Assembly (NCBI GenBank): GCA_964016885.1 | Contig: OZ024757.1 | Span: 19,344,001 to 19,408,000 of the forward strand | DNA from: Eledone cirrhosa | Taxonomy: Eukaryota | Direction of reading: 5' to 3' | Length of the DNA: 64,000 nucleotides | Part shown: positions 40,236-53,545 of the stretch, piece after piece | Layout: each line of letters opens with the position of its first letter | How positions within the stretch are numbered: the stretch's first letter is position 1 | The notes under the pieces: generated by a model | Seen by the model: only the letters and a program-made list of their open reading frames with translations | What the model was told of the DNA's origin: nothing | Databases searched by the model: none | Translations under genes and position numbers: made by a program

Positions 40236-41561
40236 AAGAATGAGAAATAAGATAGATTGAAGGGACGGGCGGGGTGGAATTGGAAAAAATGTCTTTAGAT
40301 AAAAATAACAGGTCCACACATTGGTGTGCATGTATGAATAAATCAACAGTAGTTATCCAATTGCTCAACCGATTAGAAATAACAACCAAATCTCTCCACT
40401 AAAAACAAACGACGGAGACACTGGATATTGTCGTCTTTAGTACACAAAAGAGCAGCGAGATGGGTTGATCAACAGTGGGTCGTCTTCTTCCATAAGAGTT
40501 CTGCTACAGTAACACTAACCCTGGCTTAAACTGTTGGTCAATCAATGATAAACATTGATTGCCAGCTGAATTATTTATAGAAATGTAAAGATATACTGAA
40601 GCGAAAACCAAACCAAACAGTGATTTTTCTGGTAATATTAGAACAAAATAACCCTCCACAAATATAACAAATACTATGATATTTTATAAAACACTTTTAT
40701 TTTAATCATTTATTTCATTCATCTCCGATGTGCGAGAAGTAACAACATTCACTGACAGCGCTATCTTGTTTCGGGCCTCTACCACGAACCCAATCGTAAA
40801 TGGTAAGACCATCAAGTTACTAACCATCGACTATTATGGCTTTTGTAGCAAAGAGTTACAGCCCTTTATGATCTGAGTTCAAATCCCGCCGAGGTTAACT
40901 TTGCCTTTCATCCTTACGGGGTCGATAAAATAAAGTACCAGTAATACACTGGAATAATTGCTGGCCTTGTGCCAAAAGTAGAAACAATTATTAACCAGTA
41001 ATGCACTGGGTAATTGCTGGCCTTGTGCCAAAAGTAGAAACAATTATTAATAAAAGGTCGGACGCCATGCTTTGCAGCAAAGAGTTACGGCCCTTTATGG
41101 TCTGAGTTCAAATCCCGCCGAGGTTAACTTTGCCTTTCATCCTTACGGGGTCGATAAAATAAAGTACCAGTAATACACTGGGATAATTGCTGACCTTGTG
41201 CCAAAAGTAGAAACAATTATTAACCAGTAATACACTGATATAATTGCTGGCCTTGTGCCAAAAGTAGAAACAATTATTAATACTCTGCATTTTCCAATTC
41301 ATACAATTACTGTTAATGCATGTTTTTATTAGATTTAAGGAGACTTAAGCTGGTGGTGTCCCTCTAAACAGTTGTTAGACTACATACAGCCTACTCTGGT
41401 TAGCTCCCTTTAACAGTATTTTAAAATACCTGCACACTCACACACACACGTAATTTATTTTCTAATGACAACTTTTTTCTCTCAGCTCAGCCGAGCTTCG
41501 TCGTTTATTTACATTTATGTAACACATCAGGTGGAGCGTGTTCGACGCGCGCGCGCGCACG

Positions 41562-41633
<72 letters not shown>

Positions 41634-41721
41634 TGTAAAAGGTAAGCAGAAATAACAACACAACTGGTACAGTATATGGAAGGTATATATTAGGTTAACG
41701 CTTGATAGAGCAAGAAGAGGG

Positions 41722-41758
41722 TCTTAACGTTTCGGACGCTAAGTCCTTCATCAGCAGA
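41722..41758 (-). ncRNA. Minimal type I hammerhead ribozyme (second copy; first stem I pair mismatched)
   Basis: tctg-CTGATGA-a-ggac ttagc gtcc-GAAA-cg-TT-aaga. Confidence 0.62.
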
Positions 41759-41956
41759 AAGAATGAGAAATAAAATAGATTCAGGGGACGGGCGGGATGG
41801 AATTGGAAAAAATGTCTTTAGATAAAAATAACAGGTCCATTCATGTTGACATCTCTTGTATATATATATACATATACACATATATATATACACACATATA
41901 TATATATATATATATACATATGTGTTCAAATCATAAGGGATGTATACTTGATAGTT

Positions 41957-43711
41957 GCCCCTGTCATCGGCTCCGTCTCTCTCGCCTCCCCATCTCTCAT
42001 CTACACCATGTCCAAACACAGAGGAACCAAACTCCCACTGTCATCACCTCCGTCTCTCTTGCCTCCCCCATCTCTCATGTACACCATGTCCAAACACAGA
42101 GGAACCAAACTCCCACTGTCATCACCTCCGTCTCTCTCGCCTCCCCCATCTCTCATGTACACCATGTCCAAACACAGAGGAACCAAACCCCCACTGTCAT
42201 CGCCTCCGTCTCTCTCGCCTCCCCCATCACTCATGTACACCATGTCCAAACACAGAGGAACCAAACCCCCACTGTCATCACCTCCGTCTCTCTCGCCTCC
42301 CCCATCTCTCATATACACCATGTCCAAACACAGAGGAACCAAACCCCCACTGTCATCACCTCCGTCTCTCTCGCCTCCCCCATCTCTCATGTACACCATG
42401 TTCAAACACAGGAACCAAACTCCCACTGTCATCGCCTCCGTCTCTCTCGCCTCCCCCATCACTCATGTACACCATGTCCAAACACAGAGGAACCAAACCC
42501 CCACTGTCATCACCTCCGTCTCTCTCGCCTCCCCCATCTCTCATATACACCATGTCCAAACACAGAGGAACCAAACCCCCACTGTCATCACCTCCGTCTC
42601 TCTCGCCTCCCCCATCTCTCATGTACACCATGTTCAAACACAGGAACCAAACTCCCAGTCATCGCCTCCGTCTCTCTCGCCTCCCCCATCACTCATGTAC
42701 ACCATGTCCAAACACAGAGGAACCAAACCCCCACTGTCATCACCTCCGTCTCTCTCGCCTCCCCCATCTCTCATGTACACCATGTCCAAACACAGAGGAA
42801 CCAAACTCCCACTGTCATCACCTCCGTCTCTCTCGCCTCCCCCATCTCTCATGTACACCATGTCCAAACACAGAGGAACCAAACTCCCACTGTCATCACC
42901 TCCGTCTCTCTTGCCTCCCCCATCTCTCATCTACACCATGTCCAAACACAGAGGAACCAAACTCCCACTGTCATCACCTCCGTCTCTCTCGCCTCCCCCA
43001 TCTCTCATGTACACCATGTCCAAACACAGAGGAACCAAACTCCCACTGTCATCACCTCCGTCTCTCTCGCCTCCCCCATCTCTCATGTACACCATGTCCA
43101 AACACAGAGGAACCAAACTCCCACTGTCATCACCTCCGTCTCTCTCGCCTCCCCCATCACTCATGTACACCATGTCCAAACACAGAGGAACCAAACCCCC
43201 ACTGTCATCACCTCCGTCTCTCTCGCCTCCCCCATCTCTCATGTACACCATGTCCAAACACAGAGGAACCAAACTCCCACTGTCATCACCTCCGTCTCTC
43301 TCGCCTCCCCCATCTCTCATGTACACCATGTCCAAACACAGAGGAACCAAACTCCCACTGTCATCACCTCCGTCTCTCTCGCCTCCCCCATCTCTCATGT
43401 ACACCATGTCCAAACACAGAGGAACCAAACCCCCACTGTCATCGCCTCCGTCTCTCTCGCCTCCCCCATCACTCATGTACACCATGTCCAAACACAGGAA
43501 CCAAACTCCCACTGTCATCGCCTCCGTCTCTCTCGCCTCCCCCATCTCTCATGTACACCATGTCCAAACACAGAGGAACCAAACTCCCACTGTCATCACC
43601 TCCGTCTCTCTCGCCCTCACCACCTCTCACTATTATGAACAAATGGGGTCCCACGCGCTGGCCGCCCCACGACCCCGGTAGACAGAATTGGTGGTGAAAA
43701 TAAATAAACTT
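41957..43711 (+). repeat. ~21 x 78-bp minisatellite plus a unique ~90-bp tail
   Basis: Unit caccatgtccaaacacagaggaaccaaactcccactgtcatcacctccgtctctctcgcctcccccatctctcatgta; related single-copy sequence at ~38315-38430 (opposite orientation). Confidence 0.9.
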
Positions 43712-44952
43712 GTGTTAAATTTGTCTGTTGCAATTTTTAATAATACCTGCCTTCATAATAATGGTTTCTACTTTTGGCACAAGGCCAGCAATTACCCAAT
43801 GCATTACTGGTACTTTATTTTATCGACCCCGTAAGGATGAAAGGCAAAGTTAACCTCGGCGGGATTTGAACTCAGATTGGCAAGGGCCGTAACTATGCGT
43901 CAAAGCATGGCGTCCGACTCTCTACCGATAATGCCAATCCCCCCTTCAACCTGCCTTCATAATAATGGTTTCTACTATAGGCAAAAGGCCAACAATTTTT
44001 GCGGGAGGAGAAAGTCAATTAAATCGACCTCAGTGCATTACTGGTACTTTATTTTATCGACCCCGGAAGGATGAAAAGCAAAGCAAAGCTAAACTCGGCA
44101 GGATTTTAACTCAGACCGAAAAGGGACACAACTCTATGCTGCAAAGCATTTTATCTGACGCTCTTAATGACAAAATCACTTCGTTTTTTGTCATATATAA
44201 TGTTTTTTAATGTAAAATAAAATAATAATTATTGTTAGATTCTCCAGCTGCTGTATCGATATGAATCACTTACAATCAAATTACACGGGAGATAGATTAG
44301 CAACATTTTATAACCGTATAGGGGTGGGGGGTTGGAAAAAATCTGAAAAATTAACAAGTGGGGACGATTATTCAAGACCTAGCTATCGTCAGCAACGTAT
44401 ACTTTCCTGTCAGATGATTGAACTAATAAGCTTGAAACTAGTACAGCGTTCCTTTGTCAGTGTTGAACAAACGAGCAACGATGGTTGCTAGACACTGTAC
44501 GGCTTAATACGGGATGTTTGTTTACAAACACAACGAGCATTATAATAAATGTTCGGTGAATCCATACGTACATATATATGTGTGCATGTATGTATATATA
44601 TATACATACTACTGTACGTCTGTATACATATATGTTTGTACGTATACATACTTATATTTAAGTTTATTTATTTTCACCACCAATTCTGTCTACCGGGGTC
44701 GTGGGGCGGCCAGCGCGTGAGACCCCATTTGTTCATAATAGTGAGAGGTGGTGAGGGCGATAGAGACGGAGGTGATGACAGTGGGAGTTTGGTTCCTCCT
44801 GTGTTTGGACATGGTGTACATGAGTGATGGGGGAGGCGAGAGAGACGGAGGTGATGACAGTGGGAGTTTGGTTCCTCTGTGTTTGGACATGGTGTACATA
44901 AGAGATGGGGGAGGCGAGAGAGACAAAGGCGATGGCAGTGGGAGTTTGGTTC

Positions 44953-45228
44953 CTCAGACCGGGTGATGTGTTGTTTCCTTGAGCAAGACACTTTATTTCA
45001 CATTGCTCCAGTTTACTCAGCTGTAGAAATGAGATGATAGGGACTGGGGTCCCTATCATTCCACTGCAAAGTGGTCGTGGAGCTGCCACGGCAAAAAAGC
45101 ACCCAGCACTCACTGTAAATGAGGTTGGTGTTAGGAAGGGCATCCAGCTGTAGAAATCAAGCCAGCATCAGTTCCCGTCCCACCATTGCAAGCAGGGAAA
45201 AAGCGGACGTAAAATGAAATGATGATGA
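44953..45228 (+). mobile_element. 5'-truncated CORE-SINE
   Basis: Starts at ctcagaccgggtgatgtg just after the B box and ends in the RTE tail. Confidence 0.85.
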
Positions 45229-45771
45229 AAAAAATATATATATATAATTGTTTCTACTTTAGGCACAAGGCCAGCAATTACCCAGTGCATTACTGGTACT
45301 TTATTTTATCGACCCCCGTAAGGATGAAAGGCAAAGTCAACCTCGGCGGGACTTGAACTCAGATCGTAAAGGGACGTAACTATGCTGGAAAGCATGGCGT
45401 CCGACCCTCTACCGATACTGCCAATAAACCGTTAGAATCGTGAGAGAGTAGAGGATAAGCGATACATATAGTTAGTTGCCAAAAGTTTGTGCATTTGTGC
45501 TCAATACTAGTGCCTACAGGGTTAAATATCGGAAGCGTTAATATTTAGTGGGTGAGAATGCAAGCAGAGCGGTTACAAATGAAAGGATTACAAAGGAGAA
45601 TACAGACTGTTAGAACATGTTTATATAAAAGCACCTACATACAAATCTAGAGAGTGTTCAGTACAGAACACAGAAGGGGTTTTAAGATGATATTCACATC
45701 AAAGTTCATTTTTGATTCAAACAGACATGGTTGTGTTTGTCACAGAGAAATAATAGTGAAACAGTAACTAC

Positions 45772-47180
45772 TGGTGGTGGTGGTGGTAGTGTAGTGGTAG
45801 TAGTGTAGTGGTAGTAGTTGGTGGGGGTGATAGTAGTAGTGGGGGTGGTAGTGTAGTGGTGTGGTGATGGTAGTAGTGGTGGTGGAGGTGTTGGTGGTAG
45901 TAGTGGTGGGGGTGATAGTAGTAGTGGGGGTGGTAGTGTAGTGGTGTGGTGATGGTAGTAGTGGTGGTGTGGTGTTGGTGGTAGTAGTGGTGGGGGTGAT
46001 AGTAGTAGTGGGGGTGGTAGTGTAGTGGTGTGGTGATGGTAGTAGTGGTGGTGTGGTGTGGGTGGTAGTAGTAGTAGTGGTGTTGGTGGTAGTAGTGGTA
46101 GTTTAGTGGTGTGGTGGTGGTGGTAGTTTAGTGGTGTGGTGTTGATGGTAGTGGTGGAAGTGGTATAGTAGTGCTGGTGGTGTGGTGTTGGTGGTAGTAG
46201 TAGTATTTGTATTGGAGATGGTGTGTTGTTGTGGTAGTGGTGGTGGTAGTGTAGTAGTATGGAGGTGGTGGTAGTAGTGGTGGAGATGGTGTGGTGTGGT
46301 GTTGGTGATAGTAGTAGTGGTGGTGGTGGTAGAGTAGTGGTATGGTGAAGGTAGTGGTGGTAGTAGTGGCGGTGGTGGTGTGGTGTTGGTGGTAGTGGTG
46401 GTGTAGATGGTGTAGTGTTGGTGGTGGTAGTAGTAGTGGTGGTGGTAGTTTAGTGGTGTGGTGGAGGTGGTGGTGTGGTGTTGGTGGTAGTAGTAGTGGT
46501 GGTGGTGGTGGAGGTGGAAGTGGTATAGTAGTGCTGGTGGTGTGGTGTTGGTGGTAGTAGTAGTAGTGGAGATGGTGTGGTGTTGGTGGTAGTAGTAGTG
46601 GTGGTGATAGTGTAGTGGTATGGTGGAGGTGGTGGTGGTAGTAGTGGTGGAGGTGTAGTGGGAGAGATGGTGTGGTGTTGGTGGTAGTAGTAGTGGTGGT
46701 GGTGTCAATAACTACTGGACATCTAAACACTTCTGATACCAGCGTGACTGAATGGTGGTTGTGGTGGTGTGGTGGTGGTGGTGGTGGTGGTTGTAGTAGA
46801 GATAGTGGTGGTATTAGTGGTGGTGGTGGTGGTGGTGGTAGAGGTGGTGGTGGTGGTAGAGGTGGTGGTAGTAGAGTGGTGGTGGTGGTGGTATAGGTGG
46901 TGGTAGTGATGGTGGTGGTAGTAGTTGTGGTGGTGGTGGTGGTAGAGGTGGTGGTAGTAGTGGTGGTGGTAGTAGTAGTAGTGGTGGTGGAGATGGTGTG
47001 GTGTTGGTGGTAGTAGTAGTAGTGGTGATAGTGTAGAGGTATGGCGGTGGTGGTGGTGGTAGTAGTGGTGGATGTGTAGTGGGAGAGATGGTGTGGTGTT
47101 GGTAGTAGTAGTAGTGGTAGAGGTGGTGGTGGTAGTGGTGGTGGTGGTAGTAGTGGTAGTAGTGGTAGAGGTGGTGGTGT
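45772..47180. repeat. (GGT/TAG) low-complexity tract
   Basis: Mixed trinucleotide repeats; similar tracts at 52880-53435, 56330-56860, 59475-60015 and 63350-64000. Confidence 0.95.
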
Positions 47181-47195
47181 TAATGTTAGAAATAC

Positions 47196-47372
47196 CTATC
47201 TTCAAACGTCAAAGTGATTTTATTGGCTTGTTCGAAGCGAAAAGCTTCCATCCCTTCCATTTCTGAGAGTATCCTTCCTTCAGCCTGGTCAATTCGGATG
47301 TTGGCCCTTTCAATGACCTTTTGGAATTGATTGATCTCTTCGGCACAGAAGTTGCCCCTCTCAGAGAAGAGC
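47196..47372 (-). CDS. CCDC180: Internal coding exon, CCDC180-like coiled-coil protein
   Basis: Minus strand tactttccAG|...|GTattt; 177 nt, phase 2/2, open: LFSERGNFCAEEINQFQKVIERANIRIDQAEGRILSEMEGMEAFRFEQANKITLTFED. Resembles the recalled CCDC180 segment RLFSEGGNFSPKEI...RIELVES...QANDVINKFESK. Confidence 0.78.
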
Positions 47373-47379
47373 CTGGAAA

Positions 47380-47420
<41 letters not shown>

Positions 47421-47632
47421 TCTCTACTTTTCTAGAAATTTGTAGAAATTTGTAGAAAAAAAACAAATTTCTACAAATTTCATACTTGACTTTGACGACC
47501 TAATATAATTGTTTCTACTTTTGGCACAAGGCCAGCAATTATCCAGTGCATTACTGGTACTTCCCCAAAGGTGGGGAGACTCTAAGGGTCACTTGTGTAG
47601 AAATCCCACAAAGCCATGGTCACCCTGTTGTC

Positions 47633-50030
47633 AACCTTTCTACCACCCACACACTACCACAACCTTTCTACCACTCACACACTACCACAACCTTTCTACC
47701 ACCCACACACTACCACAACCTTTCTACCACCCACACACTACCACAACCTTTCTACCACCCACACACTACCACAACCTTTCTACCACCCACACACTACCAC
47801 AACCTTTCTACCACCCACACACTACCACAACCTTTCTACTACACACACACTACCACAACCTTTCTACTACCCACACACTACCACAACCTTTCTACCACAC
47901 ACACTACCACAACCTTTCTACCACTCACACACTACCACAACCTTTCTACCACACACACACTACCACAACCTTTCTACCACCCACACACTACCACAACCTT
48001 TCTACCACCCACACACTACCACAACCTTTCTACCACCCACACACTACCACAACCTTTCTACCACTCACACACTACCACAACCTTTCTACCACCCACACAC
48101 TATCACAACCTTTCTACCACCCACATACTACCACAACCTTTCTACCACTCACACACTACCACACACACACTACCACAACCTTTCTACCACCCACACACTA
48201 CCACAACCTTTCTACCAGTCACACACTACCGCAACCTTTCTACCACTCACACACTACCACAACCTTTCTACCACTCACACACTACCACAACCTTTCTACT
48301 ACACACACACTACCACAACCTTTCTACTACCCACACACTACCACAACCTTTCTACCACACACACTACCACAACCTTTCTACCACCCACACACTACCACAA
48401 CCTTTCTACCACCCACACACTACCACAACCTTTCTACCACACACACTACCACAACCTTTCTACCACCCACACACTACCACAACCTTTCTACCACTCACAC
48501 ACTACCACAACCTTTCTACCACCCACACACTATCACAACCTTTCTACCACCCACATACTACCACAACCTTTCTACCACTCACACACTACCACACCTTTCT
48601 ACCACCCACACACTACCACAACCTTTCTACCAGTCACACACTACCGCAACCTTTCTACCACTCACACACTACCACAACCTTTCTACCACTCACACACTAC
48701 CACAACCTTTCTACTACACACACACTACCACAACCTTTCTACTACCCACACACTACCACAACCTTTCTACCACACACACTACCACAACCTTTCTACCACC
48801 CACACACTACCACAACCTTTCTACCACACACTACCGCAACCTTTCTACCACACACACTACCACAACCTTTCTACCACTCACACACTACCACAACCTTTCT
48901 ACCACCCACACACTATCACAACCTTTCTACCACCCACATACTACCACAACCTTTCTACCACTCACACACTACCACAACCTTTCTACCATTCACACATTAC
49001 CACAACCTTTCTACCACACACACACTATCACAACCTTTCTACCACCCACATACTACCACAACCTTTCTACCACTCACACACTACCACAACCTTTCTACCA
49101 CCCACACACTACCACAACCTTTCTACCACCCACACACTACCACAACCTTTCTACCATTCACACATTACCACAACCTTTCTACCACACACACACTACCACA
49201 ACCTTTCTACCACTCACACACTACCACAACCTTTCTACCACTCACACACTACCACAACCTTTCTACCACCCACACACTACCACAACCTTTCTACCACCCA
49301 CACACTACCACAACCTTTCTACCACACACACACTACCACAACCTTTCTACCACTCACACACTACCACAACCTTTCTACCACACACACACTACCACAACCT
49401 TTCTACCACACACACACTACCACAACCTTTCTACCACCCACACACTACCACAACCTTTCTACCACTCACACACTACCACAACTTTTCTACCACACACACA
49501 CACTACCACAACCTTTCTACCACCCACACACTACCACAACCTTTCTACCACCCACACACTACCACAACCTTTCTACCACTCACACACTACCACAACCTTT
49601 CTACCACTCACACACTACCACAACCTTTCTACCACCCACACACTACCACAACCTTTCTACCACTCACACACTACCACAACCTTTCTACCACCCACACACA
49701 CTACCACAACCTTTCTACCACACACACACTACCACAACCTTTCTACCACCCACTCACTACCACAACCTTTCTACCACCCACACACTACCACAACCTTTCT
49801 ACCACACACACACTACCACAACCTTTCTACCACACACACACTACCACAACCTTTCTACCACACACACACTACCACAACCTTTCTACCACCCACACACTAC
49901 CACAATCTTTCTACCACTCACACACTACCACAACCTTTCTACCACCCACACACTACCACAACCTTTCTACCACACACACACTACCACAACCTTTCTACCA
50001 CACACACACTACCACAACCTTTCTACCACT
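47633..50030. repeat. 28-bp minisatellite, ~85 copies
   Basis: aacctttctaccacccacacactaccac repeated; source of the three 800+ aa artefact ORFs. Confidence 0.95.
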
Positions 50031-50618
50031 TCACACTTCAGGTTTGGGGGACCCTAAGCACTTAAGGTTTGTGAGGCCCTGGGCATTTAAGGTTTGGGGG
50101 CCTTGGGCACAAAACTAAGGTAAAGAATAATGTTTGTTTCTACTTTTGGCACAAGGCCACCAATTACTCCAGTGTATTACTGGTACTTTATTTTATCAAC
50201 CCCGTAACGATGAAAGGCAAAGTTAACCTTGGTGGGATTTGAACTCAGACCATAAAGGGGCATAACTCTATGCTGCAAGGCATGGCGTCCGACTCTTTAC
50301 CGACACTGCCAAACAGTTTTGTACTTTTTAAGAATATTTTGCTAATGTGGCTTCATGTGATACAGGATGTTGAGAGTTAAATACATGGATAACAACAACA
50401 ACAACAACAACACTAACAAAAAAAAAAGCAATACATAGGTCATATTTTCCACTGGCATACTTGTAGAACCTGATGGACAGACACAGCTGTGAGAGTGTGA
50501 GAGAGAGAGAGTGTGTGAGAGAGTGTGTGTGAGAGTGTGTGTGTGAGAGTGTGTGTGTGAGAGTTTGTGAGAGTGTGTGTGAGAGTGTGTGTGTGAGAGT
50601 GTGTGTGAGAGAGTGTGC

Positions 50619-50649
<31 letters not shown>

Positions 50650-50999
50650 TGTGTGTGTGAGTGTGTGAGAGTGTGTGTGTGAGAGTGTGTGTGTGTGTGT
50701 GAGTGTGTGTGTGAGAGTGTGTGTGTGTGTGAGTGTGTGTGTGTGTGTGTGTGAGAGACAGTGTTGGATTAGTTAGACATGTACTTAGAGGAACCTGTAT
50801 CATTCTCCCACATTACAACCTCTCTCTCTCTCCCTCCCCCTCTCTCTCTCCCTACCCCTCTCTCTCACCCTGGCTCTCTCTCTCACTCTCTCTCTCACTC
50901 ACTCCCCCCTCTCTCCCCTCCTTGCTCATCTGTGGTATTCTATAAAGCTGTTAATGGTTGAGAAAAAATTGTTTGCTGTTGAATGCCAATAATGCAATT

Positions 51000-51039
<40 letters not shown>

Positions 51040-51064
51040 TCACACACACACACACATATGTACG

Positions 51065-51095
<31 letters not shown>

Positions 51096-51229
51096 ATGTA
51101 TGTATATATATATAGACACACATGTATGTATAGGGTATTGATACATCGGCAGCTGAAGTAGATGGATGCATTCGACAATGTTAATATATAGATCAAGGAA
51201 AGAGAACAACCATACAAGAAATATCAAAC

Positions 51230-51265
<36 letters not shown>

Positions 51266-51756
51266 TATATACACACACACACATATATATGTGTGTGCGT
51301 GTAAAATGGATGTTGAACGATGATGATGATGTATATATGTCTCTCTCTCTATATATATATATGTGTACATATATATATATATGTGTACATATATATATAT
51401 ATATATATGTGTACATATATATATATATATATGTGTACATATATATATATGTGCATATATATATATATATATGTGCATATATATATATATGTATGTGCAT
51501 ATATATATATATGTGTGCATGTATGTATATATATACATACTACCGTACGTCTGTATACATATACATACTACTGTACGTCTGTATACATATATGTATGTAC
51601 GTATACATACATACATACATACTTATATATATGTCTATATATATATATATATGTGTGTGAATGAAGTATTTCCATCGGAAAGGTACAGGAAAAAAGAGTG
51701 CTCTATGTAGGCTACAGAGCTTATTAGTTATGTAATAAACAACATAAGATAATTAT

Positions 51757-51817
51757 TTCATTTACCAGCGATTTCTTGAAGGCAGATGTTATGTCTGTCT
51801 TCAGTCGTCAGAATGAA
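51757..51817 (-). ncRNA. Type I hammerhead ribozyme motif (inverted partner)
   Basis: ttcatt-CTGACGA-stem II-GAAA-tcgctgg-TA-aatgaa; perfect 6-bp stem I. Confidence 0.7.
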
Positions 51818-51833
51818 TAAACATTTTTTTTTA

Positions 51834-51894
51834 TTTATTCTGATGACTGAAGACAGACATGACATCTGCCTTCAAGAAACCACTGGTAAATGAA
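51834..51894 (+). ncRNA. Type I hammerhead ribozyme motif (Penelope-like element)
   Basis: tttatt-CTGATGA-c tgaagacagac..atctgccttca a-GAAA-ccactgg-TA-aatgaa: stems I, II and III and a GUA cleavage triplet are all present. Confidence 0.75.
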
Positions 51895-51926
51895 ATAATT
51901 ATCTTATGTTGTTTATTACATAACTA

Positions 51927-51975
<49 letters not shown>

Positions 51976-52146
51976 AAAACATATATGTATATATGTGTGT
52001 ATGTATATACATTTCTATATACATATATATGTATATATATGTGTGTATGTATGTATATATATATGTATATATAAGTGTGTGTGTATATATATCTATATAT
52101 GTATATATAAGTGTGTGTATATATATATGTATATATAAGTGTGTGT

Positions 52147-52484
52147 ATCATCATCATTTCATTTTACGTCCGCTTTTCCCTGCTTGCAAGGGTGGGACGG
52201 GAACTGATTCTGGCTTGATTTCTACAGCTGGATGCCCTTCCTAACACCAACCTCATTTACAGTGAGTGCTGGGTGCTTTTTTTTTCCGTGGCACCTCCAC
52301 GACCACTTTGCAGTGGAATGATAGGGACCCCAGTCCCTATCATCTCATTTCTACAGCTTAGTAAACTGGAGCAATGTGAAATAAAGTGTCTTGCTCAAGG
52401 AAACAACACATCACCCGGTCTGAGAATTGAACTCACAACCTTTCGATTGCAAGGCCAATGCTCTAACCACTAAGCCATGTGCCT
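52147..52484 (-). mobile_element. Full-length CORE-SINE (~340 bp)
   Basis: tRNA head, CORE domain, ggttggtgttaggaagggcatccagctg, RTE tail and (tga)n. Confidence 0.9.
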
Positions 52485-52691
52485 GTATGTATATATATAT
52501 ATATGTTTATATGTGTATGTATATATGTTTCTATATATATATGCATATATAAGTGTGTATGTATGTATATATATATATATGTATATACATGTTTATATGT
52601 GTGTATGTATATATGTTTCTATGTATATATATATGCATATATGTGTGTATGTATGTATGTATATATATATGTATATATAAGTGTGTATGTG

Positions 52692-52741
<50 letters not shown>

Positions 52742-53166
52742 GACATCTTAGATTCTTTTGTTGCGTGTTTATTTGAAGTTAAGTAAATCTAAAGAAAGAC
52801 ATCAGTCATTTAGTAAGTACTAACAGTGTTGGTAGCTGTCACCTCTCAACAGACACTCCTGTCAGCTTCACATATAGCCATCATCATCATTGTCACTGTC
52901 ATCATCATCATCATTGTCATTGTCACTGTCATCATCATCATCATTATCATTGTCATCATCATCATTGTCATCTTCATTGTCATCATCATCATCATCATTG
53001 TCATCTTCATTGTCATCATTATCATCATTGTCATCTTCATTGTCATCATTATCACTACCATCACCATCATCACCATCACTACTATCATCATTATCATCAT
53101 CACCATCATCATTGTTGACATCACCATCACTACCATCCTCATCACCATCATCATTGTTGTCCTCAC

Positions 53167-53205
<39 letters not shown>

Positions 53206-53545
53206 TATCATCACCATCATTACCATCATCATCATCATCATTATCATCATTATCATCATCATCATTATCATCACCATCATTGTTGTCATCACCATCATTG
53301 TTGTCATCACCATCATCATCATCATCATCATCACCAACATCATCACCATCATTGTTATCATCACTATCACCGTCGCTACCATCACCATCACTACTACCAC
53401 CACCATCATCATCATCATCATCATCACAACCATCACTGGGACACTTCAAAACTTCCATGCTTCCCGAAATTCGCCAACACTACACCTGATATTCCCCTTC
53501 CATAAACAAACACACACACACCCATGTGTTTGCCTGTGCGTGTTA

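Noticed and set aside
41797-43697. 580-613 aa ORFs in three frames
   Set aside because: They come from the stop-free 78-bp minisatellite; frames swap at deleted units and there is no splice or protein signature.
47509-50118. 813-869 aa Thr/His-rich ORFs
   Set aside because: Artefact of the 28-bp array, which is open in all + frames.
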